A stretch of DNA of 44,465 nt from Bacteroidales bacterium (GCA_028282585.1 JANQHR010000055.1:1-44465), one strand, 5' to 3'. Numbered from the stretch's first letter, positions 10,282-19,224 are shown. Translations and numbers: made by a program. The notes: generated from the sequence alone by a model not told the origin.

Positions 10282-10349
10282 GTTATAAATCAATTGATTT
10301 TCTTGCTAGATTTGTTGTTACTGTTCGGATAATATGATAATAAAATAGA

Positions 10350-11684
10350 TTGGCCACATTACGTAAATATTTCATTCGCGATTTACATTTGAAAGAACTC
10401 TTTAAGGGAAGTTCAATTGCGTTGGCATTTAAATTCTTCTCGGTAATTCTAGGGTATGTATTTTTTTACGTTTTAGCTAAAAAATATGGCGCAACCGGAT
10501 TAGGTATTTTCAACACTTGCTTTACTATCTTAATATTAACTTCAGTTATTGCTAAAATCGGGTTAGATACAGCTCTTGTAAAGTACATTGCCGAATTTGT
10601 TGCTACAAACAGAAAGAATCATGTAAGCACACTTTACTTTATTTCATTTTCATTAATTATTATCTCCGGGACAATTACCGGAGCAATCATTTATTTCTTT
10701 TCAAATCAACTAAGCAAGTTATTTTTTGAAAGTATTGAATACTCGAATTTGTTTAAAATTATTGGATATACCATTGTTCCTTTTGCTATAACACAATTAA
10801 ATGCAGAATATTTTAGGGGTTTTAAAAGAATTACCGCTTATTCGAGTTTACAAAACGGGACCATATATCTGATCATTTTAATACTCATTTTATTTTTATC
10901 TCATCCAACTCAACCGGTTGAAAATGTAATTTACCTTTTGTTATTTACATCAACATTTTTAATGTTGGCGAGTTCTTTTTTTGTATTTAAGAAAAACCTG
11001 AAACTGCTTTCTTTTAGAGAGAAAAATGGTTTTGGAATAGGTAAAAGAAAACTAATTTCAGTTTCAATTCCAATGCTATTTTCAAATTCTCTTTTCTTGG
11101 TTATGAACTGGACAGATACTTTAATGTTAAGTGGTTTTCATGGAGAAGATGCCGTTGGGATTTATAATATTGCTTTAAAAATTGCTTCATTAAATACTAT
11201 TGCTTTGATTGCAATAAATAGTATTGCTTCCCCCAAATTCTCAGAGATTTATTCATCCGAAGGAAATAGAAGATTTCGCAGGATTGTGCAACAGACAACA
11301 TTATTAACTTGCTTGATTTCTTTACCCATATTTGTAGTAATTTTGTTATTCCCGGAAAATGTATTAAGAATATTTGGTCAGGAATTCGCTATAGGTAAAT
11401 CGGCTCTAATAATTTTATCAATTGGACAGCTTGTAAGTGCATTTTCAGGTTCAACCATGATTGTCTTAAATATGACAGGAAGAGAAAAAGCAGGACGCAA
11501 TATATTAACAGTAACAGTAGTCTTAAATATTATTATAAATTACTTGTTAATTCCCCGCTATGGAATTCTGGGAGCTGCAATTGCTACTATGTCATCAACT
11601 ATTTTCTGGAATTTAATATCTGTGATTTATATTTATAAGTCTTTTGGATTTTTTACATTTCCGTTTAATAGAAATAAAATATGA
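10350..11684 (+). CDS. Wzx-like oligosaccharide flippase (MOP superfamily)
   Basis: About 12 hydrophobic segments. WTDTLML, AVGIYNIA, LIPRYGILGAAIAT. TTG start. Confidence 0.88.
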   Translation: MATLRKYFIRDLHLKELFKGSSIALAFKFFSVILGYVFFYVLAKKYGATGLGIFNTCFTILILTSVIAKIGLDTALVKYIAEFVATNRKNHVSTLYFISFSLIIISGTITGAIIYFFSNQLSKLFFESIEYSNLFKIIGYTIVPFAITQLNAEYFRGFKRITAYSSLQNGTIYLIILILILFLSHPTQPVENVIYLLLFTSTFLMLASSFFVFKKNLKLLSFREKNGFGIGKRKLISVSIPMLFSNSLFLVMNWTDTLMLSGFHGEDAVGIYNIALKIASLNTIALIAINSIASPKFSEIYSSEGNRRFRRIVQQTTLLTCLISLPIFVVILLFPENVLRIFGQEFAIGKSALIILSIGQLVSAFSGSTMIVLNMTGREKAGRNILTVTVVLNIIINYLLIPRYGILGAAIATMSSTIFWNLISVIYIYKSFGFFTFPFNRNKI

Positions 11685-12628
11685 AAGTAAAACTGGATTT
11701 TTTTATTGTTGGCGCAGCAAAATCAGGCACCACTTCCTTGTATGAATATCTAAAACAAAATCAGGATATTTATTTTAGCCCGATAAAAGAACCTAATTAC
11801 TTTTCAGATGATATAGATGTTTCTAAATTTTCTAAGACGTACCGAAGAAATACATTTTTAGATGTCGAACGATATTTTGAGAAAAGCATATTCCATAACG
11901 TTCCGCTTACATTTATAAGGAATAAGGATTATTATGAACAACTTTTTTTAAGAGGGCAGAATTATAAAGTTAGAGGAGAAGCGTCTACTTCGTATTTGTA
12001 TAGTAAGACTGCTGCTAAGAATATTTATAATTTTAATCCGGATTCAAAAATCATTGCGATATTAAGAAATCCAATGGAACGGGCTTTTTCTCATTATCAA
12101 ATGGCTGTTAGGTATGGACATACTAAACTGGATTTTAAAAATGCCATTACGGAAGATAATAGGCAAGTTAATAAAGGATGGGGTATTTCAGAGTTATTTA
12201 TTGAGTTAGGATTATATTTTGAGCAGTTAGTAAGATATTTCAAGGTTTTTCCAAAAGAGCAAATTAGAATTTTCCTTTTTGATGATTTAAAATCTGATCC
12301 TCAAAAGTTTGTTAACGAGTGTTGTAAGTTTATAGATATTTCGGAATTTGAATTAGCTAATAAATATGCTCATAATGTTAAAGAAGCACCAAGAAACATT
12401 GAATTAAATCATTTCCTTACTAAAACTGGAATAAAAAGTTTAGTAAGGAAGGTTTTGCCAAAATCTGCTAGAAATGAATTAAGTAAAAGTTTTTATAAGG
12501 AATCAAAAGTGAGATTAAATAGAGAGGATTTTAATTTTCTTTTGGATTTCTTTAAGGAAGATATAGAAAAAACAGCCAGCTTGTTAAATTTAGATTTAAG
12601 TTACTGGCTGAATTATGATAAGCTATAA
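11681..12628 (+). CDS. PAPS-dependent sulfotransferase
   Basis: 5'-PSB loop IVGAAKSGTTSL, KEPNYF, GEASTSY, and 3'-PB motif ILRNPMERAFSHY. Overlaps the flippase stop by 4 bp. Confidence 0.9.
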   Translation: MKVKLDFFIVGAAKSGTTSLYEYLKQNQDIYFSPIKEPNYFSDDIDVSKFSKTYRRNTFLDVERYFEKSIFHNVPLTFIRNKDYYEQLFLRGQNYKVRGEASTSYLYSKTAAKNIYNFNPDSKIIAILRNPMERAFSHYQMAVRYGHTKLDFKNAITEDNRQVNKGWGISELFIELGLYFEQLVRYFKVFPKEQIRIFLFDDLKSDPQKFVNECCKFIDISEFELANKYAHNVKEAPRNIELNHFLTKTGIKSLVRKVLPKSARNELSKSFYKESKVRLNREDFNFLLDFFKEDIEKTASLLNLDLSYWLNYDKL

Positions 12629-12636
12629 CTTTCTCT

Positions 12637-13974
12637 TTAATGGAAATTCTTCAAAACCGTATTAATTTCTTCTAGTTTTTTATTAAGAATTTCCTGATTA
12701 TCTGCCTCGGCTAATAACCTTAAATAAGGTTCTGTATTTGAAGGTCGAACATTAAACCACCAATTTTTAAATTCTAAACGATATCCGTCAAAATCAAGAA
12801 TTTCCATTGGTTCTTCTTCTGCTACAAAATAATCCTTTAATGCTTCCATAGCTTCTTTCTTTTGTTCTATTTTATAGTTGATTTCACCTGAGTTAGCATA
12901 TTTGCCAATTTCTGAAATTGACTCTGATAAAGGCTTTCCTTCTTTTTTAAATTTCGAAACCAGATTTAGTACAATTAATGAAGCCAAAATTCCGGAATCA
13001 GAATAAAAGAAATCGCGGAAATAATAATGTCCTGCTAATTCACCTCCGTAAATACCTTTTATCTCTCTTAATTTTGGTGTGGCATAAGCTCTTCCCACTC
13101 TCCAGGTATGCATTTTACCACCTAACTGCTCAACATATTCTTTTACCGCTTTAGAAGTTCTTATGTCTTCTAATACAGCTCCTTTTTCTTTTTCAAGAAA
13201 GTAATTTGCCATAAATCCGATCATTAGATCAGGAGAAATAAACTGGCCCTTCTCATCAACAAACATTACACGGTCTGCATCACCATCGAAAATAATGCCT
13301 ATATCACACTTTTCTTCTAAAACTGTTTTTTTAAGGTCCGCTACATTACTTTCAATTAATGGATTTGGTTCATGATTTGGAAAACTTCCATCCATTTCTT
13401 CATACAGGTAGGTCGGTTTTTTACCCAATAATTTTTTGATTAATAATCCGGCCATTCCATTTGAGCAGTCAATAGCCATTTTAATGTTGGAGTAATCCTG
13501 AACGTAAGACTTAAGAAATTCTAAATACTCATCTTTAACTTTGTAATCAACAATTTTACCTTTCTTTTCTGCAATAAAAATCTCACGATTTTGGATCATA
13601 TCAAGCAATTTATTTAATCCGGTGTCGAATCCAACAGGAATAGCATTTGCTTTTGATATTTTCATTCCATTATATTCGCGTGAATTATGAGAAGCAGTAA
13701 TTTGAACCGATGCTGCAAATTTATGTTTCGCAGTTGTATAATATACCATTGGTGTTGTAGCTAAACCAATATTATATACATTGGCCCCACTATCAATAAT
13801 TCCCTGGGCCAGATGTTCAAAGATCTCATCTGATGAAACACGAGCATCTCTTCCAACTAAAACATTATCAGCTTGTAAAAGTTCTGGTAAAAAGTACCCA
13901 ATTTTATAAGCATCTTCCTTATTAAAATCTTCGTTGTAAATACCTCTAATGTCGTATGCTTTAAAAGCTTTCAT
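12637..13974 (-). CDS. Phosphomannomutase/phosphoglucomutase
   Basis: FKAYDIRG, GRDAR, ITASHN (phosphoserine), FDGDADR metal loop, GELAGHY, RPSNTEP. Confidence 0.93.
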   Translation of the reverse strand: MKAFKAYDIRGIYNEDFNKEDAYKIGYFLPELLQADNVLVGRDARVSSDEIFEHLAQGIIDSGANVYNIGLATTPMVYYTTAKHKFAASVQITASHNSREYNGMKISKANAIPVGFDTGLNKLLDMIQNREIFIAEKKGKIVDYKVKDEYLEFLKSYVQDYSNIKMAIDCSNGMAGLLIKKLLGKKPTYLYEEMDGSFPNHEPNPLIESNVADLKKTVLEEKCDIGIIFDGDADRVMFVDEKGQFISPDLMIGFMANYFLEKEKGAVLEDIRTSKAVKEYVEQLGGKMHTWRVGRAYATPKLREIKGIYGGELAGHYYFRDFFYSDSGILASLIVLNLVSKFKKEGKPLSESISEIGKYANSGEINYKIEQKKEAMEALKDYFVAEEEPMEILDFDGYRLEFKNWWFNVRPSNTEPYLRLLAEADNQEILNKKLEEINTVLKNFH

Positions 13975-14011
13975 ATCGCATAAAATTTGTAAATCAGAAT
14001 AAAACAGATAG

Positions 14012-14041
14012 AAAAGAAGTCAGATTTAAACTGACTTCTTT
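14012..14041 (-). terminator. Intrinsic terminator after the divergent PGK-family gene
   Basis: Stem aaagaagtcag (14013-14023) / ctgacttcttt (14031-14041) with a 7-nt loop. Confidence 0.75.
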
Positions 14042-14076
14042 AAGAAAATTTGTATCTACAAAAATGCGATTTTTTT

Positions 14077-15363
14077 TTATTTTGTTAAAGCTTTTACCGG
14101 CTCAATTCCCAAGGTAGTTCCTTCTTGAATTGCTTTTAAAACGGCACCACCACCGGTAAAAATGTAATATTTAGGACTATCCAGCGCCACAATATATAAT
14201 CCGGGTAATAATCTTTTAAGTTCTTGCATGGTATCTCCACCTCCATATAATTTTACCGCCTCAACATTTTCATCAATTAATTCATCGAGAGCAATTGTAC
14301 CTTCATTAAAGTGCGGAGTAAATCCCATAACAGCATTCACAAAAATGGTTCTTGCAGATGAAAATATATCATGAATTTTTTCCTCGTAAAATGATTCTTT
14401 AGCTACATCAAGCACATAATTTAATTTAGTTCCGGGCTTTAATTCATGAATATTATGAACTCTATATTTACCCTCGAATTTTCCATTTAAAGTATCTGAC
14501 TCAACAATAAAAGGAAGTTCGACTAATTTGCCCGGATATTGCTCACTAAATTTTACAAATTCTTTGGCGTGTGCTAAATCATCCTCAGATATACCTTTAA
14601 TTTCAATTCCATATTTTGCGTATAGATATGCGTTATAAATAACACCACCCAGAACCAAATAGTCTGCTTTTTTTATCAGAGCATAAAGAGAATCAATTTT
14701 TGTGTCAAATTTTGATCCGGCAACAACTGCAATGAATGGAGATTGCGGGCTATAAATTCGTTCAAGATTCTCAATTTCTTTTTGCATTAAAAATCCGGCG
14801 TACGATGGCAAATATTTATTAACGCCTACTGTTGAAGCATGTGGCTGCCATGATCCGAAAGCATCGTTAACAAAAATATCAGCTAAACCTGCTAACTGAT
14901 TTGCAAACCGGTCCTGATCACCACCTTTAGACTCTTCTCCTTGAAACCAACGAGTATTTGGTAAATAAATTCCATCAATTTTTCCTTCTTTTAATTCCCG
15001 GATGGAGTGATTTATTGATGTTTCAATTCCTATATATCCTTTATTTTCATGAGGATAAAAATCAGGAATTTTCATGTTGATGTGAAGCTTGTTTCGCAGG
15101 TATTCAACAATTGGTTCAACAGATGTGTCTTTACCAATTTTTATATCGCCTGTTTTTTTATCCTTAGGTCTTCCTACATGTGTCATTAAAATAATTTTTC
15201 CACCCTTGGCATTGATATGGTATAAAGTACCAATGGTTGCATCTATTCTATAAGGATCATGAATTACTCCTTTTTTAACCACATTGTGATCAACACGAAC
15301 CAAAACAACTTTACCATTTAAGTCTGCATCCTGGATGGATGGAATGTTATATTTATCGAGCAT
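14077..15363 (-). CDS. Divergent phosphoglycerate kinase family protein (428 aa, start corrected to ATG at 15363)
   Basis: RVDHNV, THVGRPK, PNTRWF, VNDAFG, AGSKFDTK, GGGDT and TGGGA identify the PGK fold. GTAHR is replaced by GSWQP and WNGPMGVFE by VNAVMGFTP. GGAGG lies just upstream of the ATG. Confidence 0.85.
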   Translation of the reverse strand: MLDKYNIPSIQDADLNGKVVLVRVDHNVVKKGVIHDPYRIDATIGTLYHINAKGGKIILMTHVGRPKDKKTGDIKIGKDTSVEPIVEYLRNKLHINMKIPDFYPHENKGYIGIETSINHSIRELKEGKIDGIYLPNTRWFQGEESKGGDQDRFANQLAGLADIFVNDAFGSWQPHASTVGVNKYLPSYAGFLMQKEIENLERIYSPQSPFIAVVAGSKFDTKIDSLYALIKKADYLVLGGVIYNAYLYAKYGIEIKGISEDDLAHAKEFVKFSEQYPGKLVELPFIVESDTLNGKFEGKYRVHNIHELKPGTKLNYVLDVAKESFYEEKIHDIFSSARTIFVNAVMGFTPHFNEGTIALDELIDENVEAVKLYGGGDTMQELKRLLPGLYIVALDSPKYYIFTGGGAVLKAIQEGTTLGIEPVKALTK

Positions 15364-15464
15364 AAAACCTCCGTTTTTTTTAATTAAATAAAGTTCTGAA
15401 AGGAAACACAAGTTACTTCAAAAATGTTTTTTTATCAATTAAAAATTACAGACAATAAATTTAT

Positions 15465-15504
15465 AAAAAGAAAAAACAGGTTCATAAAAAACCATGAACC
15501 TGTT
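15465..15504 (-). terminator. Intrinsic terminator after the tandem PGK gene
   Basis: Stem aacaggttcat (15475-15485) / atgaacctgtt (15494-15504). The A-rich run to the left gives the U tail on the minus strand. Confidence 0.8.
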
Positions 15505-15529
15505 GATTAAAACGTTTGTGATAAATATT

Positions 15530-17914
15530 TTAGATTTCTTCATTAATCGCTTTTAATGCAGGTAATTCTTTTCCTTCGATATACTCCAGCAGAGCTCCTC
15601 CGGCTGTTGAAATGTAACTTATTTTATGTGCTAAACTAAATTTGTTCACAGCTGAAATTGAATCACCTCCTCCAATTAAAGAAAATGCACCTTTATCTGT
15701 TGCCCTTGTAACTGACATTGCTATTTTTAAAGTTCCCATAGAGAAATTCGACATTTCAAATACTCCGATAGGGCCATTCCACAATATGGTTGCAGAATTT
15801 TCAATTACCTCACAAAATTGGTTTGCCGATTTTATACCAATATCCAGTCCCATCCAACCATCCTTGATGTTCTGAATTTCACTGTGTTCTATATTTGCTT
15901 CATTCTTGAATTCATCCGCAATAATACAGTCAGATGGTAAATATAAATTTATTCCTTTCTCTTTGGCTTTATCCAGAATTTCTTTAGCCACATCCAGGTA
16001 ATCATCTTCAACTAACGAATTTCCAATTTTCCCGCCCATAGCTTTCGCAAAAGTAAAAGCAATACCTCCGGCAATAATCAAATTATCAACTTTTTCTATT
16101 AGCGCTAAAATGATATGGATTTTAGTAGAAACTTTGGAGCCACCAAGAATGGCTGTAAAAGGTTTTTTAGCTCTTTTAACCACTTTATTAATATTATTTA
16201 TTTCACTTTCTACCAGGTAACCAAACATTTTATCTTCAGGGAAAAATTTAGCTAAGGTATATGTTGAGGCATGAGCTCTATGTGCTGTTCCAAAGGCATT
16301 AAAAACATATACATCGCCCAACTCCGACAATTGTTTTGCAAATTTTTCGTCGGCATTTGTTTCTTCTTTATGGAATCTTAAATTTTCAAGTAGCAAGCAT
16401 TCTCCTGGTTTTAAAACAGTTGCTGCAATCATTGCTTCCTCGCCTATACAATCTCCAATAAATTTAACTTTGCCATCTAAAGCTTTGTTTAGAAACGGAT
16501 GAATATGTTTTAACGAATATTTTTCATCTATTTTACCTTTTGGCCGTCCGAGGTGTGTTAAAAATATAATGGATCCTCCCTCAGCTAGTATTTTTCGGGC
16601 AGTAGGTAACGCAGTAACAATTCTTGTTGTATCTGTGATTTCAAGGTTTTCGTCTAATGGAACATTAAAATCAACTCGCATTAGAACTTTCTTTCCCTCA
16701 AAATCATATCTGTCGATAGTTAGTCCTTGTTTAACAGCTTTTATACTTGGTAATTCTTTTCCTTCTAAATATTCTAATAATGCACCACCTGCAGTTGAGA
16801 TATAACTTATTTTATGAGCAAGACTATATTTGTTTACAGCAGCAATGGAATCTCCCCCACCAATTAAAGAAAAAGCGCCTTTATCTGTAGCTCTGGCAAC
16901 TGACATAGCTACTTTTAATGTACCCATTGCAAAACTTGGCATTTCAAAAACACCTATAGGACCATTCCAAAGTATTTTCTTTGAATTTTCTATTACTTCA
17001 GCAAACCGATTTGCTGATTTTATACCAATATCCAATCCCATCCAATCTTCAGGGATTTCCATTATATCACAATGATCAATGTTTGCTTCATTTTTAAATT
17101 CGTCAGCAATAACGCAGTCCGTAGGTAAATATAGTTTTACTCTATTTTTTTCTGCTTGTTTAATAATATGTCTGGCAAAGTTCAAAAAATCATCTTCAAT
17201 TAAAGAGTTTCCAATATTACCTCCCATAGCCTTGGCAAAGGTAAATCCGATCCCACCGGCAATAATCAGATTATCAACTTTTTCTATAAGGGATTCAATA
17301 ATGTGAATTTTACTTGAAACTTTTGATCCGCCTAAAATGGCAGTAAAAGGATGTATAGGTTGGTGTAGTATCTTATCTATGTTGTTTATTTCACTTTCTA
17401 CTAAATAACCAAACATACATTTCCCAGGAAAATGTTTTGCTATTGTATAGGTTGAGGCATGAGCTCTATGAGCCGTTCCAAAAGCATTATTAACGTAAAC
17501 ATCGCCAAGGTTTGCTAGTTTCTTCGCAAAGCCTTCATTGGCATCTGTTTCTTCTTTGTAAAATCTTAAATTTTCTAATAAAAGAATTTCTCCCGGCCTT
17601 AAGTTTTTTGCTAATTCTTGTGTTTCCTTTCCAATACAATCTGATGCAAACTTGACTTCTCTGTTTAGAACTTTATTTAAGTGAGGAAGAATAGTTTTTA
17701 ACGACATTTTTTCATTGAACTTTCCTTTGGGTCTTCCTAAGTGAGTTAACAAAATAATTGATCCACCTTCAGCAATAATTTTTTGGATTGTAGGAATAGC
17801 AGTTATTATTCTCGTATCATCGGTAATTTCAAGATTTTCGTTAAGAGGAACATTGAAATCAACACGCATTAATACTTTTTTTCCGGCAAAATTGTAGTTG
17901 TCGATAGAATACAT
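15530..17914 (-). CDS. pgk: Tandem phosphoglycerate kinase (two full PGK domains in one 794-aa ORF, ATG at 17914)
   Basis: All PGK motifs occur twice: RVDFNVP, THLGRPKG, LLENLRF, AFGTAHRAHAS, GGSKVS, GLDIG, WNGPIGVFE, GGGDS, LEYxEGKELP. Confidence 0.95.
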   Translation of the reverse strand: MYSIDNYNFAGKKVLMRVDFNVPLNENLEITDDTRIITAIPTIQKIIAEGGSIILLTHLGRPKGKFNEKMSLKTILPHLNKVLNREVKFASDCIGKETQELAKNLRPGEILLLENLRFYKEETDANEGFAKKLANLGDVYVNNAFGTAHRAHASTYTIAKHFPGKCMFGYLVESEINNIDKILHQPIHPFTAILGGSKVSSKIHIIESLIEKVDNLIIAGGIGFTFAKAMGGNIGNSLIEDDFLNFARHIIKQAEKNRVKLYLPTDCVIADEFKNEANIDHCDIMEIPEDWMGLDIGIKSANRFAEVIENSKKILWNGPIGVFEMPSFAMGTLKVAMSVARATDKGAFSLIGGGDSIAAVNKYSLAHKISYISTAGGALLEYLEGKELPSIKAVKQGLTIDRYDFEGKKVLMRVDFNVPLDENLEITDTTRIVTALPTARKILAEGGSIIFLTHLGRPKGKIDEKYSLKHIHPFLNKALDGKVKFIGDCIGEEAMIAATVLKPGECLLLENLRFHKEETNADEKFAKQLSELGDVYVFNAFGTAHRAHASTYTLAKFFPEDKMFGYLVESEINNINKVVKRAKKPFTAILGGSKVSTKIHIILALIEKVDNLIIAGGIAFTFAKAMGGKIGNSLVEDDYLDVAKEILDKAKEKGINLYLPSDCIIADEFKNEANIEHSEIQNIKDGWMGLDIGIKSANQFCEVIENSATILWNGPIGVFEMSNFSMGTLKIAMSVTRATDKGAFSLIGGGDSISAVNKFSLAHKISYISTAGGALLEYIEGKELPALKAINEEI
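15539..17914 (-). repeat. Diverged intragenic tandem duplication, period 1188 bp (396 codons)
   Basis: Homologous positions 17847/16659 and 16749/15561 are both exactly 1188 bp apart. The protein halves align without gaps. Confidence 0.95.
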
Positions 17915-17941
17915 TTTCAAGCACTTTTTTTGATGATGTGT

Positions 17942-17949
17942 TAAAGATA
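17942..17949 (-). promoter_or_regulatory. Candidate -7 box (TATCTTTA) for the tandem pgk
   Basis: taaagata at 17942-17949, about 30 nt upstream of the ATG. One-base variant of TAnnTTTG. Confidence 0.5.
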
Positions 17950-18096
17950 GAAATATATTTTTATTTAGTTTTTAAATTTGAGTGAGCTACATATTAACGA
18001 TTATATCCGAGAAATGATTTAAATGTTGTTCTTATATTCTTTATGCTTATTTTTACAAATTATCCTTCGGAAAGAAAACAAATAACAAGTTATTTT

Positions 18097-19224
18097 ATGC
18101 AGTTTAAGGAAGTTATTGGACACCAAAATATTAAAGATAAACTAATAAAAACCATCAAAGAAAACAGAGTTAGTCATGCTCAACTTTTTTTGGGTTCGGA
18201 GGGCTCTGGAAATTTATCATTGGCCATTGCTTACGCTCAATATTTATCTTGTGAGAATAAGCAAGAAAATGATTCATGTGGGGTATGTTCTTCTTGTGTA
18301 AAATATCAGAAATTAGTACATCCTGATTTGCATTTTGTATTTCCGGTTTCTACTTCTAAGGCTGTTTCTAAGGACCCAATTAGTGATGATTATATCAATC
18401 AGTGGCGGGAAACAATAATTGAAAACCCTTATATAAACCAAAATAAATGGTATCAGGTTATTGATGTTGAGAATAAACAAGGGATTATAAGCAAGAACGA
18501 AAGCTATGAGATTTTAAAAAAATTAAATCTTAAAACGTTTGAATCTGAGTACAAAATAATGATTATTTGGTTACCTGAAAAAATGAATGCTTTTGCTGCA
18601 AATAAACTTTTAAAATTAATTGAGGAACCACCGGCAAAAACATTATTTCTATTAGTTTCTGAAAATTCCGAACAAATCATATCAACAATTCTTTCGAGAA
18701 CTCAATTAGTTAAAATACCTAAGATTGATAATGAAAGCATGCGAAATGCACTTTCCGACAGAAGCGGATTATCTCCGGGAAAAGCTAATGATATTGTTCA
18801 CCTGGCTAATGGTAACTATTATCAAGCTCTTAATTTAATTGATGCTTCGGAAGATGATAACTTTAACTTTGAGCAATTTTCAAAATTGATGAGACTTTCA
18901 TACCAACGAAAAGTTATTGAAATAATTGAATGGGTAGATGAGATAGCCAGGATCGGGCGTGAAAAGCAAAAAACCTTATTAGCTTATTCAATTAGATTGA
19001 TTCGCGAAAACTTTATGTTGAATATGCAAAAAAAAGAAATTGTTTATTTAACACAAATGGAAATGGAATTTTCCGAGAAATTTTCACAGTTTATAAGTTC
19101 GGAGAATGTAGGTCAAATATATGAGTCATTTAATCGCGCATATGCTGATATAGAAATGAATGCTTATAATAAAATTGTTTTTCTTGATTTAGGATTAAAA
19201 ATTATAAAATTGATAAGAAAGTAA
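18097..19224 (+). CDS. holB: DNA polymerase III delta' subunit (start corrected to MQFKEVIG)
   Basis: SHAQLFLG, zinc module C...CGVCSSC, HPDLH, ANKLLKLIEEPP, TILSRTQ. Confidence 0.92.
   Translation: MQFKEVIGHQNIKDKLIKTIKENRVSHAQLFLGSEGSGNLSLAIAYAQYLSCENKQENDSCGVCSSCVKYQKLVHPDLHFVFPVSTSKAVSKDPISDDYINQWRETIIENPYINQNKWYQVIDVENKQGIISKNESYEILKKLNLKTFESEYKIMIIWLPEKMNAFAANKLLKLIEEPPAKTLFLLVSENSEQIISTILSRTQLVKIPKIDNESMRNALSDRSGLSPGKANDIVHLANGNYYQALNLIDASEDDNFNFEQFSKLMRLSYQRKVIEIIEWVDEIARIGREKQKTLLAYSIRLIRENFMLNMQKKEIVYLTQMEMEFSEKFSQFISSENVGQIYESFNRAYADIEMNAYNKIVFLDLGLKIIKLIRK

Noticed and set aside
8019-10293. Short ORFs 8019-8243, 9294-9563 and 9952-10293
   Set aside because: They overlap rnhB, GT4 or FkbM on the opposite strand and have no protein-like features.
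15642-17306. Four + strand ORFs inside the tandem pgk, two of which resemble each other (MFTA..ESPPPIKE)
   Set aside because: These are antisense shadows. Their similarity just reflects the 1188-bp duplication of the real gene.
15530-17914. Tandem PGK as an assembly artefact or as two genes joined by a lost stop codon
   Set aside because: The halves differ at about a quarter of residues, so they are not a duplicated read set. There is no intergenic remnant or start codon at the junction.
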